Assembly: GCA_038227875.1 (NCBI GenBank)
Contig: JBBRPR010000011.1
Span: 1 to 64,000, forward strand
From: Planctomycetota bacterium
GTDB taxonomy: Bacteria; Planctomycetota; SZUA-567; H5-PLA8
Length of the DNA stretch: 64,000 nt
Reading direction: 5' to 3'
The notes beneath the pieces are model-generated. The model was not told the origin of the DNA, did no database searches, and saw nothing but the letters and a program-made list of their open reading frames with translations. This document shows positions 57,257 to 64,000 of this stretch, piece after piece (the stretch's first letter is position 1; each line of letters begins with the position of its first letter). Position numbers and translations under genes: made by a program.

Positions 57257-58008
57257 CCTGCACTACTCCCCGGTTTTGGTGCCTGGCCCTGATGTTGTCC
57301 CAGCGAGTGCGCCTTCCAGCGTACTCCGGCTCGATTCGGCGCATTTGCGGCTTTCAGCACCGCCGCGCCCACTTCGTCCATCCCGCCATTGCCGCCGACC
57401 ACTTCGAGCACATTTTGATCGGCGTAGAACTGAATCAGCGGCTCCGTCTCACTCCAGTACTTCTGCTGACGCACACGGATCGTTTCGGGCTTGTCGTCTT
57501 CGCGGATGATCAGCGTCTTGCCGCAGAGGTCGCATTTTCCCGGCGTCTTCGGCGGCTTGCTTTCCAGATTGTAGACCGCGCCGCAGAGCGGATCGGGACA
57601 ACTGCGGCGCTGTTCCAACCGATGTTCGATCACGTGCTCATCGGTCTCGATCAGAATGACCTTGTCGATCTTCTCGTTGCGCCTGGCCAGCACTTCGGCC
57701 AGAGCCTTGGCCTGCGGCGCCGTGCGGGGGAAGCCATCGAGCACATAACCGTTGCTGCTGGGCGACTGCGCTTTCAGGCTGTCGATGCTTTCGATCAACA
57801 GGTCGATCACAACTTTATCCGGCACCAAGTCGCCACGCTGCATGTACGGCCGGGCCAGCAATCCCACCGGCGTGCCGCGAGCGATGGCTTCGCGCAGACG
57901 ATCGCCTGTCGCCAGGTGGACCAGATTCAGCGCGTCGCACAGTTGCTGCGCCTGAGTGCCCTTCCCTGCTCCGGGCGGCCCCAACAGAATAATTCGCCGG
58001 TCGGACAT
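57253..58008 (-). CDS. adk: Adenylate kinase (Zn lid)
   Basis: GPPGAGKGTQ, LDGFPRT, four-Cys lid. Confidence 0.97.
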   Translation of the reverse strand: MSDRRIILLGPPGAGKGTQAQQLCDALNLVHLATGDRLREAIARGTPVGLLARPYMQRGDLVPDKVVIDLLIESIDSLKAQSPSSNGYVLDGFPRTAPQAKALAEVLARRNEKIDKVILIETDEHVIEHRLEQRRSCPDPLCGAVYNLESKPPKTPGKCDLCGKTLIIREDDKPETIRVRQQKYWSETEPLIQFYADQNVLEVVGGNGGMDEVGAAVLKAANAPNRAGVRWKAHSLGQHQGQAPKPGSSAG

Positions 58009-58095
58009 TTGGGCTGAGGCCTTCTCAAGATAACCGTCGTTCCGCTGCGTTGGCGGCGCCGCAAGACGCGGCGCCACGGCACAGTGGATGTGCTC

Positions 58096-59442
58096 TTATC
58101 CGCGGCGGCCCTTGATGCGTCCACCGCCCTTGAGGAAGCCTTCGTAGCGCTCCATCAGCATGTGCGATTCGATGCGGTTGACCATGTCCAGCGCCACGCC
58201 GACGACGATCAACAATCCCGTACCACCGAAGAACTGCGAGATCGTATCGGTCACCGGCAGCGTGAAGCGAATCAACTGCGGCACCACGGCAATCACCGCG
58301 ATGAAGATGGCGCCCGCCAGCGTGATGCGGTTCATCACCGACTCAAGGTAGTCGCGAGTGTCGTTGCCCGGACGGATGCCCGGCACGAACATGCCGTACT
58401 GCTTGAAGTTTTCCGCGTGCTCCTTCGGGTCGAACAGCACGGCCGTGTAGAAGTACGAGAAGAAAATGATCAGCATCAGTTCGGCGCTGACGTACAGGAA
58501 TGAACCCATGACGGCGAACTGCATCATCTTCTGCCACCACAGCACCGGAATGCGGCTCATCACCATCGGGAGGATCATCAGCGACTGCGCGAAGATAATG
58601 GCGATCACGCCGCCGGCGTTCAGTTTGAGAGGCAGGAAGTGCTGCTGCTTGAAGCCCACGCCCGAGCGGCGGGAGGTCTGCATCGGGATGCGGCGTTCGG
58701 CTTCCGTCACGTAAACGACCGCGACCACCATCGCCACGAACAGGCCAATCAGCATCAGGATCTGGCTGGGACCAATCTTTGACGGGTCGGTCGAATCGAT
58801 CGCCGGATCGAACTGGCGGGCGATTTCCTGGATGGCGACCGGCAGACGCGAAACGATGTTGATCTGGATGATCAGCGAAATGCCGTTGCCCAGTCCGAAT
58901 TCGTCGATCTGTTCGCCCAGCCACATCAGGAACGTGGTGCCGGCCGTCAGGATGATCGCGGAGCTGAACAGGAAGCCGAATTCACTGCCGGCGACAACCA
59001 GCGGCATCGAACCCATCTTCTGATTTTTGAGGGTCGTACAGATGATTACGGCTTGAATCAGGCAGAGCACCACGGCCGAATAACGCGTCCACTGCATCAG
59101 CTTACGCTGACCGCTTTCGCCTTCCTTGGCCACCTTCTGCAGCGCCGGAACAATCGCACCGAGCAGCTGAAAAATAATCGAGGCTGAAATGTAGGGCATG
59201 ATGCCCAAAGCAAAGATGGATGCGTTTTTCAGGCCGCCGCCGGAAAACATGTCCAGGATGCCCAGGAAATCGCCCAAGCCCGTCCCGCGCGTGTTGCCGA
59301 TTGCGCCGGAAACCGCCGCCAGATTTACGCCTGGCAACGGAATGAAGACGCCAATGCGGGCCAAGACCAGCAGCCCGAGCGTCCACAGGGTCTTTTTGCG
59401 AAGTTCCGGGATCTTGGCTATGTTAGCAAATGCCGCAAACAT
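58096..59442 (-). CDS. secY: Preprotein translocase SecY
   Basis: ALGIMPYISASII, PGIRPG, FGGTGLLIVV. Confidence 0.98.
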   Translation of the reverse strand: MFAAFANIAKIPELRKKTLWTLGLLVLARIGVFIPLPGVNLAAVSGAIGNTRGTGLGDFLGILDMFSGGGLKNASIFALGIMPYISASIIFQLLGAIVPALQKVAKEGESGQRKLMQWTRYSAVVLCLIQAVIICTTLKNQKMGSMPLVVAGSEFGFLFSSAIILTAGTTFLMWLGEQIDEFGLGNGISLIIQINIVSRLPVAIQEIARQFDPAIDSTDPSKIGPSQILMLIGLFVAMVVAVVYVTEAERRIPMQTSRRSGVGFKQQHFLPLKLNAGGVIAIIFAQSLMILPMVMSRIPVLWWQKMMQFAVMGSFLYVSAELMLIIFFSYFYTAVLFDPKEHAENFKQYGMFVPGIRPGNDTRDYLESVMNRITLAGAIFIAVIAVVPQLIRFTLPVTDTISQFFGGTGLLIVVGVALDMVNRIESHMLMERYEGFLKGGGRIKGRRG

Positions 59443-59540
59443 GCCGAATCCTCGTTACGGGGGTAAAAACGGGCGGGTTCAACCCCGCCCCAATGCACAT
59501 GTACTTTAGGTAGTCTATCCGGCTTCTTCGGTACTGCAAC

Positions 59541-60173
59541 TTACTCCGCTTTCGGCGCATCCGGCTTGGGCTTCTTTGGTGCCGCCGGCTTGGCTTCGGC
59601 CGGAGCTGCACCTTCAGGAGCTGCGCCGCCTGCTGCGGGCTTCGCGGCCGGCTTTTCAGCCATCTGCTTGCGCTTCTTGTCCGCTTCGATCTGCTTGAAA
59701 TTCGGGGAAGGCTTCTTCGGCGCGCCACCGATCCATTCGATCTTGCCGCCGGCCTTTTCGATTTTCGCGATCGCGCTCTTGCTGAAACCGTCCGCGACGA
59801 CCGTCAACGACACGGCCAGTTCGCCATTGCCGAGAATCTTGAGCATGTCCAGCGCCGGTCCGCGCACCAAGCCGGCCTTGCGCAGTTCCACCACCGTCAC
59901 CTTCGTGCCTGCGGCGAATTCGCCCAGGTCGCCGACGTTGACCACCGAGAACTTCTCGCGGAACGGACCGTTCTTGAAACCGCGCTTGGGCAGGCGCCGG
60001 AACAGCGGCATCTGGCCGCCTTCGTAGGTCACCTTCATCGCGTAACCGGAGCGCGAGGTCGCACCCTTGATACCGCGGCCTGCCGTCTTGCCCAGTCCGC
60101 TTCCCGGACCGCGGCCGACGCGAACGCGCTTCTTGTTGGAGAGGTTCGCCCGGCGTGCTTCGTGGAGTTGCAT
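59541..60173 (-). CDS. rplO: 50S ribosomal protein L15 with C-terminal extension
   Basis: RVGRGPGSGLGKT, EGGQMPLFRRLPKRGF. Confidence 0.98.
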   Translation of the reverse strand: MQLHEARRANLSNKKRVRVGRGPGSGLGKTAGRGIKGATSRSGYAMKVTYEGGQMPLFRRLPKRGFKNGPFREKFSVVNVGDLGEFAAGTKVTVVELRKAGLVRGPALDMLKILGNGELAVSLTVVADGFSKSAIAKIEKAGGKIEWIGGAPKKPSPNFKQIEADKKRKQMAEKPAAKPAAGGAAPEGAAPAEAKPAAPKKPKPDAPKAE

Positions 60174-60260
60174 GGTTTTTCCGCCCTAATCCTGGATTGC
60201 TTGATCTTCTGAAAGTGTTCGTTTTTAACCCGGTATTGAATTTAATACCGGATTCCGACG

Positions 60261-61001
60261 TTACGCCTTCTTGTCTTCGACCTTCACCGCTTCGGTCGCG
60301 CCCGAGGAGCCGGCTTCGCCGCCACCACTGCTGCTGCTTCCACCGCCGCCGCTGCCACCACGGCCGCCGCCGGGACCACCGCGTCCGCCACCACCACCCG
60401 GACCGCCGCGGCCACGTCCGCCATCGCGGGGACCACTGCGTTCGGGGCGTTCAAAGCGCGGGCGCTGGACCTGCACGGTCAGATTCGCGGCCAGCGCGAC
60501 GTCTGCCGGGATTTCCTTGCCGCGGAGCGCTGCGACGGTGTCGCGGCTGCGCAGCGTTTCCAAGCCGTTCTGAGCGGCCCGGACGAGATTCTTGGCGTTG
60601 TTCGAACCACCGACCGACTTGGTCAGCACGTCATGGACGCCGATGCATTCCAACACCGCGCGCACAGCCGAACCGGCGATGACGCCAGTACCGGGCAGCG
60701 CCGGGATCATCACGACCTGCGAGGCGCCGTAGCGGCCGCGGACTTCGTGGGGAATCGTCGAGCCGAACGTCGGGATGCGGACCAGGTGCTTCTTGGCATC
60801 CTTGACGGCCTTCTCAATCGCGTTGGGAACTTCACGGGCCTTGCCGTACCCGATGCCCATGACGCCCGCGCCGTTGCCGACGACCGACATCACCGCGAAC
60901 GAAAAGCGTTTGCCGCCCTTGACCACCGTGGCGCAGCGCCAGATGTCAATGACACGCTCTTCGAGATTCAGACCGTCCGGTTCAATCCGTTCCGTTGCCA
61001 C
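60261..61001 (-). CDS. rpsE: 30S ribosomal protein S5 with Gly-rich tail
   Basis: [24 protein letters not shown]. Confidence 0.98.
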   Translation of the reverse strand: MATERIEPDGLNLEERVIDIWRCATVVKGGKRFSFAVMSVVGNGAGVMGIGYGKAREVPNAIEKAVKDAKKHLVRIPTFGSTIPHEVRGRYGASQVVMIPALPGTGVIAGSAVRAVLECIGVHDVLTKSVGGSNNAKNLVRAAQNGLETLRSRDTVAALRGKEIPADVALAANLTVQVQRPRFERPERSGPRDGGRGRGGPGGGGGRGGPGGGRGGSGGGGSSSSGGGEAGSSGATEAVKVEDKKA

Positions 61002-61080
61002 TTAGATCTTCTCCCAAGCCCGTTCCGTTCACTGTTCGCCGTGCAATTCAAAACTAAAAATTCAAAACTCACACTTACTC

Positions 61081-61443
61081 TTAGAACTTCAGTCCGCCTT
61101 CGCGCGCGCCTTCGGCCAGTTCCTTGATGCGGCCGTGGTACAGGTAACCGCCGCGGTCGAACACCACTTTCGAAACGCTCTTGTCCTTGGCCTTCTGAGC
61201 AATCAGCTTGCCGACGGCCCGTGCGGCTGCCTTGTTGGCGCCGTGCTTCAGGCTATCGAGCTCTTTGCTCAGGCTGGACGCGGATGCAAGGGTGTGGCCC
61301 TTCACGTCGTCGATGATCTGCGCGTAAATGTGCTTCGAGCTGCGGAAGACATTCAGGCGCGGGCGTTCGGTCGTGCCCGTCACCGCTTTGCGCACGCGGA
61401 CGTGTTTGCGTTCGCGCCGTTCGGTTCGTGTTACCTTGCTCAT
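61081..61443 (-). CDS. rplR: 50S ribosomal protein L18
   Basis: [21 protein letters not shown]. Confidence 0.98.
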   Translation of the reverse strand: MSKVTRTERRERKHVRVRKAVTGTTERPRLNVFRSSKHIYAQIIDDVKGHTLASASSLSKELDSLKHGANKAAARAVGKLIAQKAKDKSVSKVVFDRGGYLYHGRIKELAEGAREGGLKF

Positions 61444-61554
61444 GTCCCGTCCACCTTTCTGTTCGCGCTTTCGCGCTCCAGTTGTCCTGCTTGTCCTCTC
61501 CGCGTTCAGGCTGCCGGTCTCGCCCGGCTTGAGCCCGCGAAGAGTGTTGCTTGA

Positions 61555-62115
61555 TTACGCTCCGGCCGCGGCGACCGTCTTGCCCGGCAGCTTGCGGACC
61601 ACTTCGCCCTTGTAGCGCACGCCTTTGCCCTTGTAGACGTCCGGCTTGCGGATCAGGCGGATGGACGCAGCGACCTGGCCGACGAGCTGCTTGTCGATGC
61701 CGCTGATGTTGATTTCAGTCGGCGTCGGCACTTCAACCTTCACGCCATCGGGAATGAGGTAGACTTCCGGAATCTTGGTGTTGTAACCGACGAAGAGATT
61801 GAGCTTCTTGCCGGCCACCTGGGCGCGATAACCGACGCCCTGAATCTCCAGCGACTTGGCATAGCCCTTGGTCACGCCTTCGATCATGTTGGCGATCAAC
61901 GCGCGGTAGAGGCCATGCTTGGCGCGGTCGGCGCGCAGCTCGGAATCCCGCAGCACGCGCACTTCCTTCGCCGCGTCGTCGACTTCGACGCTGATGGCGC
62001 CCTGCAGCTCCTGCGTCAAGGTGCCCTTGGGGCCCTTGACCGAGACCGCTCTGCCCGCCACCTTCACTTCAACGCCGGCGGGGATGACCACAGGTTTCTT
62101 GCCGATTCGTGACAT
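61555..62115 (-). CDS. rplF: 50S ribosomal protein L6
   Basis: MSRIGKKP, YKGKGVRY. Confidence 0.98.
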   Translation of the reverse strand: MSRIGKKPVVIPAGVEVKVAGRAVSVKGPKGTLTQELQGAISVEVDDAAKEVRVLRDSELRADRAKHGLYRALIANMIEGVTKGYAKSLEIQGVGYRAQVAGKKLNLFVGYNTKIPEVYLIPDGVKVEVPTPTEINISGIDKQLVGQVAASIRLIRKPDVYKGKGVRYKGEVVRKLPGKTVAAAGA

Positions 62116-62229
62116 TGCTTAAACTCCGCTCTCGTAACTCTGCTCTTCGTTTTGCGTCCGCCAGTTTCGCCAGTTCCATTCCGCTCACGGCGCGGAACGT
62201 CAGACAACTGCGTGGCCCGGAAGCAGTCT

Positions 62230-62637
62230 TTAGTACACTCGGACCAGCACTTCGCCGCCCACGTTGGCTTCCTTGGCTTCGCGGTCGGAGAGCACGCCCT
62301 TGGACGTGGTCAGGACCAGGCAGCCCAGTCCGCGCAGCACGGGCTTCAACTCCGTCTTCTGCGAATAGACGCGGCAACCCGGAGAACTGACGCGTTCGAT
62401 CAGGTTGATCACCTGCTCGCCCGAACGTCCGTACTTCAGGAAGATCTTGACGTCGTTCTGCGCCGGAGTCTTCGGATTCTTAGCAATCTCGAAGTCCTTG
62501 ATGAAGCCTTCACGCTTCAACGCTTCGGAGATCGAAATCACGATCTTCGAACTGCGTACGGCCACCGTCTCGCGGCGCAGATGCACTGCGTTGCGGATAC
62601 GGGTCAGCATGTCGGCGATGGGATCTGTAACTGGCAT
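62230..62637 (-). CDS. rpsH: 30S ribosomal protein S8
   Basis: TDPIADMLTRIRNA, GGEVL. Confidence 0.98.
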   Translation of the reverse strand: MPVTDPIADMLTRIRNAVHLRRETVAVRSSKIVISISEALKREGFIKDFEIAKNPKTPAQNDVKIFLKYGRSGEQVINLIERVSSPGCRVYSQKTELKPVLRGLGCLVLTTSKGVLSDREAKEANVGGEVLVRVY

Positions 62638-62710
62638 GGTCGTCCTCGAACGAAAGTTTTTTGTTCCTGTGGCTGGCGAGTGGCTTAGCAAAGCCTCCCG
62701 CTAAGACTCT

Positions 62711-62896
62711 TTACCAGCTCGACTTCTTCATTCCCGGAATTTCTCCCTTGTGCGCCAACAGTCGCAGGCACAAGCGGCAGATCTTGAACTTCCGGTAGTA
62801 GGCGCGCGAACGCCCGCACAACTCGCAGCGGTTGTACTTCTGCGTCGAATACTTCGGTTCCTTCTTGCACTTGGCTTTCCAGCGGATACTGGCCAT
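62711..62896 (-). CDS. rpsN: 30S ribosomal protein S14 (61-aa Zn-binding type)
   Basis: RCELCGR...ICRLCLR...IPGMKKSSW. Confidence 0.97.
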   Translation of the reverse strand: MASIRWKAKCKKEPKYSTQKYNRCELCGRSRAYYRKFKICRLCLRLLAHKGEIPGMKKSSW

Positions 62897-62978
62897 CGTT
62901 CTCTCCTGAAGTACTGACTAACCCCGCTTACCCGTACTGACCTCTTTACTCGTCTTGCAGCTCTTGACTTTCTTACGA

Positions 62979-63680
62979 CTAGTGATCGCGGAACGGGCAG
63001 CCCAGGGCCTTCAGCAGCTCGCGGGCGTGTTCGTCCTTCTTGGCCGTCGTGCAGATGGTGATGTCCATGCCGTGCACCACGTCAATCTTGTCCGCTTCGA
63101 TTTCCGGGAACACGGACTGTTCCTGGAGACCCAGCGAGTAGTTGCCGCGGCCGTCGAACGCGCGCGGAGTAATGCCGCGGAAGTCGCGTACGCGGGGCAG
63201 AGCCACGTTGAACAGGCGGTCCAGGAATTCGTACATCTTCGGTCCGCGCAGCGTAACGCGGCAACCGATCGCCATGTTTTCGCGCAGCTTGAAATTCGAG
63301 ACCGACTTGCGGGACATCGTCACCACGGCGCGCTGGCCGGCGATCTGCGTCATGTCGGCGACGCACTGCTCGCCCACCTTCGGGTTGTTGTCCGTCGCAG
63401 CCTTGCCGTAGCCCATGTTCAAGCAGACCTTGGTTACCTTCGGCACGGCGAACTTGTTCTTGAGCTTGAACTTTTCCTGCAGCGAAGGAACCACTTCCTT
63501 CTCGTACTTTTCGCGCAGACGAAGGGTCTTGGGCGCTACCTGCTCGCCGCCGGCGACGACCTTCTTTTCCTTGGCCTTCTTCTCAGGCTTGGGCTGATTG
63601 GGACCCGCCCCGCCCTTTTCGGCCTTTTCGCCACCCTTGGGCTTCTTGTCCTGTTCTTTATCGTCTTTTTTGTCAGCCAT
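62979..63680 (-). CDS. rplE: 50S ribosomal protein L5 with charged N-terminal extension
   Basis: [22 protein letters not shown]. Confidence 0.98.
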   Translation of the reverse strand: MADKKDDKEQDKKPKGGEKAEKGGAGPNQPKPEKKAKEKKVVAGGEQVAPKTLRLREKYEKEVVPSLQEKFKLKNKFAVPKVTKVCLNMGYGKAATDNNPKVGEQCVADMTQIAGQRAVVTMSRKSVSNFKLRENMAIGCRVTLRGPKMYEFLDRLFNVALPRVRDFRGITPRAFDGRGNYSLGLQEQSVFPEIEADKIDVVHGMDITICTTAKKDEHARELLKALGCPFRDH

Positions 63681-63759
63681 GATTCGTCTGCTCTTTAATC
63701 TGTGTCCACTTTTCCGTTCGAGTCCAGGTCAGCCCGGAACCCCTCTTCGTCTCGCAGTC

Positions 63760-64000
63760 TTACTTGGCGCCGAATTCCCGCTTCGGGGCCTTTTCCACGA
63801 TCTCGAGGTTCGAGACGTGAACCGGGCGCTTGACGATCTTCAGTCCGCCGGCTTCGCCGGTCTTCGGATTGTAGCGCGCCGTCTTCCACTGCTCGACGCC
63901 CTTGAGCGGCGTCTGGCGTTCGCCCTTCTTTTCCTTCTTCGCCGGGCGGGGCATGTCGACCAGCGCGCGGCCGGTGATGCGGTCCACCTTCAGGACCGTG
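63760..64000 (-). CDS. rplX: 50S ribosomal protein L24 (5' part outside window)
   Basis: VLKVDR...GG...PVHVSNL; directly upstream of rplE. Confidence 0.88.
   Translation of the reverse strand, partial: TVLKVDRITGRALVDMPRPAKKEKKGERQTPLKGVEQWKTARYNPKTGEAGGLKIVKRPVHVSNLEIVEKAPKREFGAK

Noticed and set aside
61045..61070. AATTCAAAACT tandem duplication between rplR and rpsE
   Set aside because: Only two short copies, too little to support a feature
1..64000. CRISPR array or rRNA
   Set aside because: No regularly spaced 25-45 bp repeats with unique spacers, no cas motifs and no rRNA-like tract seen

Overview
Bacterial chromosomal window, most likely Planctomycetota (inferred from the RpoA N-terminus MRIRWRGFELP, missing rpmD and a top6B-top6A pair). 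(1) 1-13.7 kb: a lower-GC integrative island whose left end is outside the window. It holds a 5'-truncated FHA membrane protein, an HTH/AT-hook protein, an operon hsdM-hsdS-DUF2513-like-hsdR-(tandem wHTH + 3TM protein) and a tyrosine integrase lying on the 5' side of tRNA-Thr(CGT). (2) 13.8-20.5 kb: element scars and gene fragments, then a TPR + M48 peptidase pair. (3) 20.6-36.7 kb: a carbohydrate-type locus with three URO-D/MtaA-fold paralogs, AraC, a TPR lipoprotein, sugar ABC components, a LacI-like protein without HTH, an SGNH esterase, a large beta-propeller protein and a GntR regulator. (4) 37-52 kb: metallophosphoesterase, topoisomerase VI with a long structured leader, a pseudokinase, a Gly-rich surface protein, an ABC exporter + DUF1854-like pair and a thioredoxin. 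(5) 52-64 kb: the spc/alpha ribosomal operon (rplX to rplQ, minus strand). Best candidates for an undescribed system: the accessory genes inside the type I RM operon and the triple URO-D-fold sugar locus. All family calls come from motif recognition by eye; no searches were run.
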